This document shows positions 1-9,079 of a DNA stretch of 50,073 nucleotides, in pieces. The notes under the pieces were generated by a model, which ran no database searches, was not told where the DNA came from, and worked only from the letters and a program-made list of their open reading frames with translations. Source of the DNA: Deltaproteobacteria bacterium. Its GTDB lineage: Bacteria; Myxococcota_A; UBA9160; SMWR01. The position numbers and the translations under genes are program-made. Within the stretch, counting starts at the first letter, position 1. Each line of letters opens with the position of its first letter. Where the stretch lies: positions 1 through 50,073 of the forward strand of contig JAQBHB010000015.1 in NCBI GenBank assembly GCA_032128115.1. Direction: 5' to 3'.

Positions 1-11
1 CGGGCTTCGTG

Positions 12-84
12 AGCTGACGAAGGGACTCGAACCCTTAACCTGCTGATTACAAATCAGCTGCTCTACCAGTTGAGCTACGCCAGC
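12..84 (-). tRNA. tRNA-Thr (TGT)
   Basis: Reverse complement GCTGGCGTAGCTCAACTGGTAGAGCAGCTGATTTGTAATCAGCAGGTTAAGGGTTCGAGTCCCTTCGTCAGCT folds as a cloverleaf with anticodon TGT and a TTCGA T-loop; CCA is not encoded. Confidence 0.97.
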
Positions 85-104
85 CTGGAGACAAGGGTGC
101 GCGG

Positions 105-133
105 AGTATAGGTACGCCCAGACCCCCCAGCAA
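105..133 (-). promoter_or_regulatory. sigma70-type promoter of tRNA-Thr
   Basis: TTGCTG-17 nt-TATACT followed by a GC-rich discriminator (CCGCGC), 20 nt upstream of the tRNA. Confidence 0.75.
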
Positions 134-188
134 CTTGGCGCAGAAGGATTCCGGCCAGTAAATAGGCCAGTCCGGCGAGAGTTGCCAG

Positions 189-944
189 TCAGGTGCGGGC
201 GCGCCGGGCGAGCTCGAAAAGCACCACCGCAGCCGCTGACGAAACGTTGAGCGAGCCCAGCCTGCCCGCCGTGGGAATCCGCAGACGGTGATCGAGCGCC
301 CGCGTGACGCTCTGGCGAAGCCCCTTGCCCTCCGCGCCCAGAACGACCACCCGGTGCCCTTGCGCCAGGCGGGCGGGCAACTCGAACAGGTCCTGGTCGC
401 CCTCCGGATCGGCTCCGAAGATCCAGAAATCCATGGATTTCAGCCAGTTGAGAGTCCGGACCAGATTCGTCACGCGCGCTGTAGGCAGCCACTCGATGGC
501 CCCGGAGCTGGCCCGGGCCACGGCCGGACCCAGAGGAGGTGCCCTGCGCCGGGTCAGGATCAGACCGCGGGCGCCGGCAGCCTCGGCCACCCGGGCGATG
601 GCGCCCACGTTTTGTGGGTCCTCGACCCCATCCAAGGCCACCAGGCTCCGGAATCCACCGGACGCTGCCGAGTCCCCGACCAGGATCTCGAGAGGAACCT
701 CCGGCAGGGGGTCGGCCTCCAGCACCACGCCCTGGCTGGGCGCCCCGGGCGGTACGAGTCGCGTCAGCTCCGCCGGCTCGACCTCCGCAATCGGGATCCC
801 CAGCTCGCGCGCAATGGCCACGATCTCCGAAAGCGGCTCGCGGCGGCTGCCCTGGCGTACACGCAGCCGGTGCGCCTTGCGGCGCCCCGCGCGCAGGGCC
901 TCGCGCACCGGGTGGATCCCGTAGAGCTGCTCGCGCCCGTTCAC
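189..944 (-). CDS. rlmB: 23S rRNA (Gm2251) 2'-O-methyltransferase, SpoU/TrmH family
   Basis: LYGIHPVREAL N-terminus plus SPOUT motifs LDGVEDPQNVGAI, VLGAEGKGL and GSLNVS. Confidence 0.93.
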   Translation of the reverse strand: MNGREQLYGIHPVREALRAGRRKAHRLRVRQGSRREPLSEIVAIARELGIPIAEVEPAELTRLVPPGAPSQGVVLEADPLPEVPLEILVGDSAASGGFRSLVALDGVEDPQNVGAIARVAEAAGARGLILTRRRAPPLGPAVARASSGAIEWLPTARVTNLVRTLNWLKSMDFWIFGADPEGDQDLFELPARLAQGHRVVVLGAEGKGLRQSVTRALDHRLRIPTAGRLGSLNVSSAAAVVLFELARRART

Positions 945-985
945 CGCTTACAGCCTACTGAACTGAGCGCGCCTTCGGCGGACCG

Positions 986-2224
986 CTAGCCCAGATCTTC
1001 CAGGCCTTCGAGCATGTCGTCGGGGTCGTCGATCCGGGGGTGGTTCGCGATTTCGAACTTCAGGTAGGCGATCAGCTCTCCTACGGCCAGGCGCACCTCG
1101 TGCTCGCGGTCGCCGGGAAACTGCAGGGCCCTGTCGCAGATATCCTCGGGGTCGAGCAGGCCTGCGTGCGCCACCTGCACGCCGGCCAGGATCGCGGGGA
1201 AGCGACGGGCGGCGTGGTTGAGCACCGTCTGAAGCCTCTCGCGGATGCCGTCGCCGCCCTCGAGTGCCACGATCGGCGCCGCCAGCTCGGCCATCACCTT
1301 CACGTGGAGCCGCGCGCAGTCGCGCACCGCGTCCTCGTCCCCGCGCACCAGCGTCTCGGCGTCCGCGGACGGCGGAGCCTCGTCCCGCGCAATGTTCACC
1401 GCCCCCAGCTGACGCAGCAGCTGCATGGTGCGCGCGCCGGAGAGCGGATCGATGCCGGCCTTGCGGCAGATCGTTCGGAAGTCCTGCCGGCCGTCCACCT
1501 CGTCGAAGATCGCGCGCTCCGTGCCCGTCAGCTTCGGCTGGCGCATGGCTTCCAGGCGAGTGCGGGGGTCCTCGAGCTTGGCCAGGAACTTGATCAGCTC
1601 GTCGCGCCGCTTCAGGCCTTCGGCCACCAGGGGCTCGGTGGCCAGGGAGATGCGAGCGCTGTTGTCCGGGCGCACGTCCCCTTCCCAGAACATCATCTTG
1701 CCCGTGCCGTACGAGAAGAGCGACCGGACGATCTCCTCCACCTGGATGCGCACGCCCTCCCATAGCTTGTGTGCACTCAGGTAGCCCTTCTCCACCAGAT
1801 ACGCGCCGAATCGTCGCCCCGGTTTGAAGGCATCCCGGGCCTCGCGGAACTGATCCGGCGTGATGATCCCGGCGCGCAACAGGCACTGGCCCAGGCGATC
1901 GACCATCTGGTTCGACGTGGCGAAGATGACCTCGCCGCGATCCAGGTATACCGACTTGACGTGGTCCCCAGCCTCGAAATACAGGAAACCCGACTTGGAA
2001 GACTCGTGCAGAAGTCGCAGCAGGTCCGCCAGGGCGAAGGCGCGGACGTCGGACACCAGCACCACTTCGCGATCCCAGGGCAGCGCGGCACCGGACACAT
2101 CCCCCACCCGCTCGAGCAGGATGGTGCGCGCCCCGGACGTGAGCACCCGGATCGACTCGTGCTCTTCCAGCCCGAACCAGGCCCGCTGTTGGGGGTTGAG
2201 CTTGGGATCGCTGAAATCGCTCAA
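986..2224 (-). CDS. DUF4388 (PatA_N-like) domain protein
   Basis: LADLLRLLHESSKSGFL..VYLDRGEVIFATSN..RLGQCLLRAG pattern. Start placed at TTG 2224 after a GGAGGGG RBS; the ORF-track extension to 2404 looks non-coding. Confidence 0.75.
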   Translation of the reverse strand: MSDFSDPKLNPQQRAWFGLEEHESIRVLTSGARTILLERVGDVSGAALPWDREVVLVSDVRAFALADLLRLLHESSKSGFLYFEAGDHVKSVYLDRGEVIFATSNQMVDRLGQCLLRAGIITPDQFREARDAFKPGRRFGAYLVEKGYLSAHKLWEGVRIQVEEIVRSLFSYGTGKMMFWEGDVRPDNSARISLATEPLVAEGLKRRDELIKFLAKLEDPRTRLEAMRQPKLTGTERAIFDEVDGRQDFRTICRKAGIDPLSGARTMQLLRQLGAVNIARDEAPPSADAETLVRGDEDAVRDCARLHVKVMAELAAPIVALEGGDGIRERLQTVLNHAARRFPAILAGVQVAHAGLLDPEDICDRALQFPGDREHEVRLAVGELIAYLKFEIANHPRIDDPDDMLEGLEDLG

Positions 2225-2272
2225 TGGGCCCCTCCGAGGGCGAATGTCTGCGGGCTCGCGCCCCCGGGGCCC

Positions 2273-2303
2273 TTTTCGACCTCCAGCGGAATCGCCTTGA
2301 GCG
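2273..2303 (-). promoter_or_regulatory. putative sigma28 (FliA/SigD)-like promoter of the DUF4388 gene
   Basis: CGCTCAAG-15 nt-GTCGAAAA on the minus strand. Confidence 0.4.
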
Positions 2304-2397
2304 TCCCGGAACCGGGATTCCCGCCCCCACACCCCCCGGTCCCCCGCCCAGCGGCTTCTCAGGGGCCCGGGGCCCGACCCGAGCCGCGCGGAAGGTC

Positions 2398-2429
2398 CGC
2401 TCAAGCTGCACGCGGCGGGAGGCCGATGC
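2398..2429 (+). promoter_or_regulatory. putative sigma28-like promoter of the PilZ gene
   Basis: CGCTCAAG-16 nt-GCCGATGC, 19 nt upstream of the ATG. Confidence 0.4.
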
Positions 2430-2448
2430 CTGGGTGGGAGGGGGATTC

Positions 2449-2859
2449 ATGTCCGACTACAGCGATCAACCATGCCATCGACGACGCCATCGACGGGTGG
2501 CTTCAACCATTCCGGTTCGCGTTTCCACCATCGAGCCCGAGCGCGACCCCTGGACTGGCCGGCCGTTCTTTCGCGCCACCTGGGAGCACTGCGTCAACCT
2601 GTCGCGCGGGGGCGCCTACGTGAAGACGCAGGAGCCCATCGCCCCGGGGCGGCGGGTCATCGTGGAGTTCCACCTGCCCAGCGGGCAGCGTCTGGAGGCG
2701 ATTGGACGGGTGGCGTGGTCGAAAACGGTGATATCACCGCGGCAGCCTGAAGAGGAAGACGAAGGTGGGATCGGCGTCGAGTTCGTCGGCGGCGCTGCGA
2801 ACCACTTCCAGGGGCTGGAAGAATACATCAGCGTCGAACCGGATTCCATCACGGATTGA
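2449..2859 (+). CDS. stand-alone PilZ domain protein (c-di-GMP receptor)
   Basis: RRHRR (RxxxR) and NLSRGG (NxSxxG) motifs, GRVAW and GIGVEF; GGGAGG RBS before ATG 2449. Confidence 0.88.
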   Translation: MSDYSDQPCHRRRHRRVASTIPVRVSTIEPERDPWTGRPFFRATWEHCVNLSRGGAYVKTQEPIAPGRRVIVEFHLPSGQRLEAIGRVAWSKTVISPRQPEEEDEGGIGVEFVGGAANHFQGLEEYISVEPDSITD

Positions 2860-2945
2860 GTGTCGCGCCCGACGAGGCGACTACGTGCCCACGCATCGAA
2901 AGTCGCTTGAACCTGTCTCGATCTTCCGGGTATGCTCCGGCTCCC

Positions 2946-3257
2946 ATGAAGCAACGTGGCGCTTTCAAGATCGCGAACCGGAGCGGCGCATTCGATCCGC
3001 TTCTCGACCCGATCGCGCACAGCGACGGGCGCGCCCGGCGCATCCTCGATTCACTTCGCAGCGAGATTGCCGAGGGAGGCGGTCGCGGGCTGCGGATCCG
3101 GCAGATCTTCAAGAGCCCGCGAGAGATCTTTCGTCTCGAGCTCGAGCTTCCCGAACTCGGATACCAGCGCACGACCCTGCTCGATCGTGACGCACTCGAG
3201 GAGCTGTTGGAAACCGACGAGGTTCGGGAGGCCGTCCGTACGACGCTGGAGAATTGA
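2946..3257 (+). CDS. hypothetical protein (103 aa)
   Basis: Protein-like composition and GC3 bias; TTGAAC-18 nt-TATGCT promoter-like element 9 nt before the ATG. Confidence 0.7.
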   Translation: MKQRGAFKIANRSGAFDPLLDPIAHSDGRARRILDSLRSEIAEGGGRGLRIRQIFKSPREIFRLELELPELGYQRTTLLDRDALEELLETDEVREAVRTTLEN

Positions 3258-3338
3258 GGGCCGCAGCGGAGCTGCACCTGGACGCCTCGGAGGGCCGCCT
3301 CGGAGGGCCGAAGGGACGGAAGGACGGCGGCGCGCGCG

Positions 3339-3421
3339 TGCCCGGGGCAGGACTCGAACCTGCACGGCCGAGGGCCAGGCGATTTTAAGTCGCCCGCGTC
3401 TACCGATTCCGCCACCCGGGC
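3339..3421 (-). tRNA. tRNA-Leu (TAA)
   Basis: GCCCGGGTGGCGGAATCGGTAGACGCGGGCGACTTAAAATCGCC..GGTTCGAGTCCTGCCCCGGGCA; long variable arm, anticodon TAA. Confidence 0.97.
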
Positions 3422-3474
3422 CGCGACGGCCCGAGTGTAGCCCCGGCTCATCGAAATAGGGAAGCAGGCAGCCG

Positions 3475-4263
3475 GTGTTTCACGGGAAGAAGATCGTGGT
3501 GGTGATGCCCGCGTACAACGCGGCGCGCACCATCGAACAGACGTATCGGGAGATTCCGCTCGACCTGGTCGACGAAGTCGTCGTCACGGATGACGCGAGC
3601 TCCGACGAGACCGTCGAGATCGCCAGGCGCCTCGGACTGCGCACACTGGTGCACGAGACCAACCGGGGCTACGGAGGCAACCAGAAGACCTGCTACGCCG
3701 AGGCGCTGCGTCTGGGCGCCGACGTGACCGTGATGCTGCACCCGGACTACCAGTACACCCCGCGGTTGCTTCCCGCGGTCATCGGGCTCATCACCGACGG
3801 CCCGTTCGACACCGTACTCGGCTCACGGGTTCTCGGCGGGCGGGCGCTGGCCGGCGGCATGCCGCTCTACAAATACGTGGCCAATCGCGGACTGACCGCC
3901 TTCGAGAACCTGCTGTGCGGCGCCAAGCTCTCCGAATACCACACGGGCTACCGGGCCTTCTCGCGCCGGGTGCTGGAGTCGCTGCCCCTGCTGGAGAACT
4001 CCGACGACTTCGTCTTCGACAACCAGATGCTGGCCCAGATCCTGTTGGCCGGGTTCGAGATCGGCGAGGTCAGCTGCCCGGCGGCGTACTTCGAGGAGGC
4101 GTCGTCCATCAACTTCCGCCGCTCGGTGCGCTACGGCCTTGGCGTGCTGGGGGTCTCCGTCCAGGCGTTCCTCTATCGCAAGGGAATCGCCCGGTTCCGG
4201 ATCTTCGATCCGGACGGCCGGCGCCTGGATCCCGGCAGCCTCACGGTCCCGGGGCCGGCCTGA
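3475..4263 (+). CDS. glycosyltransferase family 2, DPM1-like (polyprenol-P sugar synthase type)
   Basis: [31 protein letters not shown] and EYHTGYRAF motifs. Confidence 0.9.
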   Translation: MFHGKKIVVVMPAYNAARTIEQTYREIPLDLVDEVVVTDDASSDETVEIARRLGLRTLVHETNRGYGGNQKTCYAEALRLGADVTVMLHPDYQYTPRLLPAVIGLITDGPFDTVLGSRVLGGRALAGGMPLYKYVANRGLTAFENLLCGAKLSEYHTGYRAFSRRVLESLPLLENSDDFVFDNQMLAQILLAGFEIGEVSCPAAYFEEASSINFRRSVRYGLGVLGVSVQAFLYRKGIARFRIFDPDGRRLDPGSLTVPGPA

Positions 4264-5710
4264 GCAACGAGGCATCCGGGGGCTCGGCCTCCTCCGCGTC
4301 CTCGGCCAGGTAGCCCAGCGACTCCAGCAGCTCGTTCATGCGCGGGTCCTCGCGCAGCCGGTTCTCGTCGCCACGCGAGCGCCCGGCGCGCAGATCGATC
4401 ATCGACTCGAGCATGCTGCGCAGCGCCAGGGCCTTCTCGGGTTGCTCCGTCACCAGGTTGTCCTGCTCGTCGGGATCGGCCGCCAGATCGTAGAGCTCCT
4501 CGCCGGTCTCCAGGTTGTAGACGTACTTGAAGTCGAGCACGCGGATGGCGTGCACCAGGAGTTTGCCCGTGGTGAGCACCACCTCGGGACGGCGCAGCTC
4601 CGACGTTTCGCCGCGAATCAGCGGCATCAGACTCTCGCCCTCCAGGTGCTCCGGCTGCTCGGCTCCCAGGTAGTCGAGCAGGGTTCGATTGACATCCACC
4701 GTCTCCGTCAGTGCCGACAGACGCGCGGGAGCGATACCGTCCCGCTCGGGGAACTTGAAGACCAGCGGAACGCGGGTCATGTCGTCGTACAGGGTCACGT
4801 TGTGGCCGAAGCGCTTGTGCTTGAAGAAGGCATCACCGTGATCGGCCAGCAGTACGATGAGCGATGCGTCGTAGAGGCCTTCCTCCCGCAGGCGATCCAT
4901 CAGGTGGCCGAAACCCGCGTCCACGAACGCCACGTTGCCCCGATAGCGCGCCTCGATCCGTGACACGGTCTGCGGCGTTGCCTTGCCCGTTTCGTTTGCG
5001 AACGTGAACTGGTCGTGCAGGGCATCCCACGTCATGGCGTCGCCCACCGGGTCGGAGCTGCGCTGGAACGCCTCGGGCGGATCGTAGGGCTTGTGGGGCT
5101 GCAGGTAGTGCACGTAGGTGAACACGGGCCTTCCGCCCTCGTGTGCGCGTCGGATCCGCGGGAGCAGCTTCTCCACCTGGTCGTTCACATCCCCCGGCAG
5201 GGGCACGCTGAAACGGTTGCTCTCTTCGATCCTGCGCAGGCCCTGGAGCTCGGGGAGCGCGTAGACCTGGACGATCTCGTCGTAGCCCCGGGCGAATCCC
5301 ATGCGGGGCGCGCCGGCGAACGGGTTCCCGATCACGCCGAAATTCAGGAATCCCGCCTTGGAGAGCAGCTCCGGGAGGGTGGGCAGGCCCGCGGAGAGCC
5401 GGGTCTCCCCGGTGACCCGGTGGGTCGTGGGGCGCACGCCGGCGAGCAGGCTGGCGGTGGAGGGCGGCGTCGAGGCGGCCTGGCTGTAGGCGTTGGCGAA
5501 GACCACCGAGTCGGCGGCGAAGCGATCGATGAACGGAGAGGCGTCGTCACCCGCCCCGTAGATGCCGAAGAACGCCGCCGACGCGGCGTCCAGGGAGATC
5601 ACGAAAACGCTTGGCGCCGGACCGCGGTCTCCGGCCGGCCCGCCGCAACCGAACACCAGCGCGAGCGCGACCCATGCCGCTGCGGCCGCCGGTCGCGAGA
5701 CGCACGGCAT
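4241..5710 (-). CDS. sulfatase-fold (alkaline phosphatase superfamily) lipoprotein 1, Thr at nucleophile position
   Basis: Lipobox-like [27 protein letters not shown] and ADHGD motifs; C-terminal LESLGY. Confidence 0.85.
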   Translation of the reverse strand: MPCVSRPAAAAAWVALALVFGCGGPAGDRGPAPSVFVISLDAASAAFFGIYGAGDDASPFIDRFAADSVVFANAYSQAASTPPSTASLLAGVRPTTHRVTGETRLSAGLPTLPELLSKAGFLNFGVIGNPFAGAPRMGFARGYDEIVQVYALPELQGLRRIEESNRFSVPLPGDVNDQVEKLLPRIRRAHEGGRPVFTYVHYLQPHKPYDPPEAFQRSSDPVGDAMTWDALHDQFTFANETGKATPQTVSRIEARYRGNVAFVDAGFGHLMDRLREEGLYDASLIVLLADHGDAFFKHKRFGHNVTLYDDMTRVPLVFKFPERDGIAPARLSALTETVDVNRTLLDYLGAEQPEHLEGESLMPLIRGETSELRRPEVVLTTGKLLVHAIRVLDFKYVYNLETGEELYDLAADPDEQDNLVTEQPEKALALRSMLESMIDLRAGRSRGDENRLREDPRMNELLESLGYLAEDAEEAEPPDASLLRPAPGP

Positions 5711-5744
5711 GGCTTTGTTACCTTCGAACAACCGACCCTCCCAC

Positions 5745-5780
5745 ACGGACGGCGCCACGAGACGGACGGCGCCACGAGAC
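5745..5780. repeat. 17-bp tandem duplication
   Basis: ACGGACGGCGCCACGAG twice, plus AC, in the divergent intergenic gap. Confidence 0.9.
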
Positions 5781-5785
5781 ACCCC

Positions 5786-7195
5786 ATGCCCGTGACCCGA
5801 TCCCGCTCCGCGACACCGGCGGGTGCCCTGGCGCTCCTCCTGGTCTTTTGTACCGGCGCCGGCCTGGGCTGTTCTCCGCCGCTGCCGGACCTGGTGCTGG
5901 TGACGCTCGACACCACGCGCGCCGATCACCTGGGCCACTACGGATACTTCCGGGACACCTCTCCCCATCTGGACGGCCTCGCGAGCGAATCCCTGGTCTT
6001 CGATCAGCATGTGGTCCCCATGGCGACGACCCTGCCCACCCACACGTCCATCCTCACCGGAACCTACCCCAGCGAGCATGGAATTCTCGCGAACGTGAAG
6101 CACGCGGGCGAACGCTTCGTGCCCTCGCCCGGGCTGACCTCTTTCGCTCAGTACAGCGCTTCGATCGGGTACCGGACGGCGGCCTTCGTGAGCGCCACAC
6201 CCCTCAAGAGCGGCACCGGAATCGAGCAGGGCTTCGCCAGCTTCGACGAACCCGAAGCGTCGGAGCGGCGCGCCGGCGAGACCACCGATCGGGCGCTCGC
6301 GTGGCTTGGCGCCGCCGACCCGGAAGCCCCCTTCTTCCTGTGGGTCCACTATTTCGACCCCCACGGCCCGTTCTCGCCGCCCGCGCCCTACGACACGATG
6401 TTCCAGACCGACGCCGCCCTGGAGTCGCTGGCCGTGGTACGTCGGTTGCCCGAAGAGGCAGACCGGGCGCGCGGCGGGCGCAGTCTCGACCCCCTCGCGG
6501 CCATCAACCTCTACGACGGCGAGATCCGCTACATGGACGCCGAGATCGGACGCCTGTTGGGAGCCCTGCGCGCGCGCCCGGGGTGGGCGCGCACGGTCGT
6601 GGTGGTGGCCGGAGATCACGGCGAGAGCCTCGGCCAGCACGGCGAGATGGGACATGGGAGGGTCTGGGGCGAACAGCTGCGCGCGCCCCTGATGATGCGT
6701 CTGCCCGGCGAGCCGGCGCAACGCATCGAAGCCGTGACTTCGAGTGTGGACATCTGGCCCACCGCTCTGGCCTTTCTGGATCTGCCGGGTAAGGATCGCT
6801 GGCTGACCCAGACCAGTGGCCGCAACGCCGCGGATTCCGGGGCGGTTCCGCGGCCGGCTTTCAGTCGCACGTCACTGCGGCAAGATCGGCTGGGATACAC
6901 GCCGCTCTCCGCACTCACGACGGAGCGCTGGAAGTACCTTCGCGCCGACGCGGGCGTCGAATCGCTGTTCGACCGGCGCGACGACCCCCATGAACTCCAG
7001 TCGGTCGATGCACGGCGGCCGGAGGTCACCCAGAAGCTACGCGAAGAGCTCAGCGCCCTCGTGGCGACGCACCGGGCGCGCGCCCTCGAGCTGCAGGCCG
7101 GGCGCACCGCGCCCGTCGACGAGAAGACCCGACGCGAGCTCGAGCAGCTGGGCTATGCGGGGGACGAAGAAGGATCTCGAAGCCCGGGCGATTGA
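5786..7195 (+). CDS. sulfatase-fold lipoprotein 2, Thr at nucleophile position
   Basis: AGLGC lipobox-like; LDTTRADHLG, TTLPTHTS, HYFDPHGPF, GDHGES and LEQLGY motifs. Confidence 0.88.
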   Translation: MPVTRSRSATPAGALALLLVFCTGAGLGCSPPLPDLVLVTLDTTRADHLGHYGYFRDTSPHLDGLASESLVFDQHVVPMATTLPTHTSILTGTYPSEHGILANVKHAGERFVPSPGLTSFAQYSASIGYRTAAFVSATPLKSGTGIEQGFASFDEPEASERRAGETTDRALAWLGAADPEAPFFLWVHYFDPHGPFSPPAPYDTMFQTDAALESLAVVRRLPEEADRARGGRSLDPLAAINLYDGEIRYMDAEIGRLLGALRARPGWARTVVVVAGDHGESLGQHGEMGHGRVWGEQLRAPLMMRLPGEPAQRIEAVTSSVDIWPTALAFLDLPGKDRWLTQTSGRNAADSGAVPRPAFSRTSLRQDRLGYTPLSALTTERWKYLRADAGVESLFDRRDDPHELQSVDARRPEVTQKLREELSALVATHRARALELQAGRTAPVDEKTRRELEQLGYAGDEEGSRSPGD

Positions 7196-7199
7196 TGCG

Positions 7200-9005
7200 T
7201 CAGCGGGACCCGTTCCGGATCCGGTCCGATCTGCGTTCCAGGCCGCGCACCCTCTCGAGATCGGAGCGAACCTCCGCGTCCCAGGGCCGGAGCGACGCGG
7301 CTCGCGCAAACGCCGCCGCCGCCGCCGCGAAGTCGCCGCGGTCGAGGCAGAGTTCGCCGGAAGCAGCCCAGGCGGCGAAAAGAAGCGGGTCGGTTTCGAG
7401 CGCCCGGTCGAACCACCGCTGCGCAAGCTCCGGATCGCGCTCGATGCGCCCGCGCAGATACAGGCTCCATGGATCGTCGGCAACGCGCGGCTCGGCCAGG
7501 ATGGCGTCGGCGCGCTCCGCGTGCCCGTTGGACGCCTCCAGCTCGGCCAGCATCCAGGCGGCGCGCCGGGCCGCCGGCACCGGCAGGTGCCGCGCCGCGC
7601 CCAACACGCGCGCCATGCCCAGATGACGCGGGCCGGGCGACACGTAGAGCCCGGCCATGCTGGCACTCCCCAGCAACCACGCGAACAGCGCAAGCCCGGC
7701 CCAGGCCCCGCCGCGGCGCAGCGCGCGTCGAGGATCCGGCGGGTGGTCCGGATCGAACAGGAAGCCCGCCAGCGCCAGCGCCAGCACCGGCACCAGTGGG
7801 AAGTGCATGCGCGACGCCCCGAAGAAGACCGCGTGGGCGGCGATGTACACGGCGACCCACCCCAGGGCCAGCGAGCGAAAACGCTGGGGCGCGAGCGCGG
7901 CCAGGGCGAGCGGCCCGGCCAGCAGCGCTACCGCCGCCCACGCCCAGGTGAGCCCCACCAACAGCGCCGCCAGCGCGGGCGGTGTGGGGCCGTACCAATC
8001 GCGCAGCAGATGGCGCGCCAGGAAGAAGTCGGGTGCCCACAGGGCAGCGAGCTTGAGGGGAACCCGCGCCAGGGCAGCGCCGGGATCGCGTCGGATCTCG
8101 TCCACGGCCTGGTTCCGATACCAGGCCGAGCCGCGACAGCCGAGCCGGTCTGCCACCCCCAGACCGTCTCGCCCCATCTGGAGCAGGACTTCTTTGCGCC
8201 AGCCGTCGTCCGGGCGCGGTCGGGCCAGGCGCGCATCCAGATCGTTGTGGAGAGGGATGCCCAGCGCCCAGATTCCCTGGAGGTCGTCCGGAATGTAGGC
8301 GTTGTTCCCGCTCCACAGGTTGTAACCGCCATTGGTGTCCACCAGCACCAGGCAGCCCGCGCGCTGGGAAACCGTGAGCGACCACGGCGCGATCACTGCC
8401 AGCGCCGGCAGCACCAGCGCGGCCGAAAGCATCAGGCCGCGGGCGTGGCGACGCGGAAGCCACAACCACAGCGCCGAAGCGGCCAGCAACACCAGCCCGA
8501 TCGAGCGGGTGAGCGAGGCCAGCCCCAGGGCCACCCCTGCCACGAGCGCGGCGCCGCGCGACTCGCGGGCGTCGGCGACCCACAGGCGATCCAACGCCAG
8601 AAGCACCAGAGCGCCGTACAGGGTCTCGGCCCAGGGCCAGTGGGCGAAGGCCACCTGGGTGGGATGGAAGGCCACGAACGCCCCGGCCCAGAATCCTGCG
8701 CGCTCGCTCCAGCGGCGTCCGATCCGGTACACCAGGAAGCACGCGAACGTCGAGATCAGGGCCTGGAGCGCGTAGATCCCCACCGTGTGGCCGCCGCTCA
8801 GGTGCAGGCTGGCCACCAGGAAACCCTGGTAACCCGGGGCGCGGAAAGCCAGGGGAGGCGCGAGTCCCTCATAGACGGCGCGCGCGTTCTCGAGAAACTG
8901 ACGCCCGTCGTACTGGTGATCCAGATCCGCGAACGCCAGCGCCAGGCCGATCTTCAACAGACCGGATGCCAGCAGAATCCACCCGAAACCCCGGCTCATC
9001 GCCAT
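7200..9005 (-). CDS. GT-C-type (ArnT/PMT_2-like) multi-TM glycosyltransferase with C-terminal TPR-like repeats
   Basis: Acidic first loop (DHQYD), FRAPGY, WAETLY, many TM segments, NGGYNLWSGNN; TPR-like helices (FDRALETDP, FARAASLRP). Confidence 0.75.
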   Translation of the reverse strand: MAMSRGFGWILLASGLLKIGLALAFADLDHQYDGRQFLENARAVYEGLAPPLAFRAPGYQGFLVASLHLSGGHTVGIYALQALISTFACFLVYRIGRRWSERAGFWAGAFVAFHPTQVAFAHWPWAETLYGALVLLALDRLWVADARESRGAALVAGVALGLASLTRSIGLVLLAASALWLWLPRRHARGLMLSAALVLPALAVIAPWSLTVSQRAGCLVLVDTNGGYNLWSGNNAYIPDDLQGIWALGIPLHNDLDARLARPRPDDGWRKEVLLQMGRDGLGVADRLGCRGSAWYRNQAVDEIRRDPGAALARVPLKLAALWAPDFFLARHLLRDWYGPTPPALAALLVGLTWAWAAVALLAGPLALAALAPQRFRSLALGWVAVYIAAHAVFFGASRMHFPLVPVLALALAGFLFDPDHPPDPRRALRRGGAWAGLALFAWLLGSASMAGLYVSPGPRHLGMARVLGAARHLPVPAARRAAWMLAELEASNGHAERADAILAEPRVADDPWSLYLRGRIERDPELAQRWFDRALETDPLLFAAWAASGELCLDRGDFAAAAAAFARAASLRPWDAEVRSDLERVRGLERRSDRIRNGSR

Positions 9006-9079
9006 CGAGATAGCCGAGTTGCGGCGCTATTACCCGTGGCGGCCATGCCGCTGCCGGGGCCGCCGCCTATCATCGCCGC

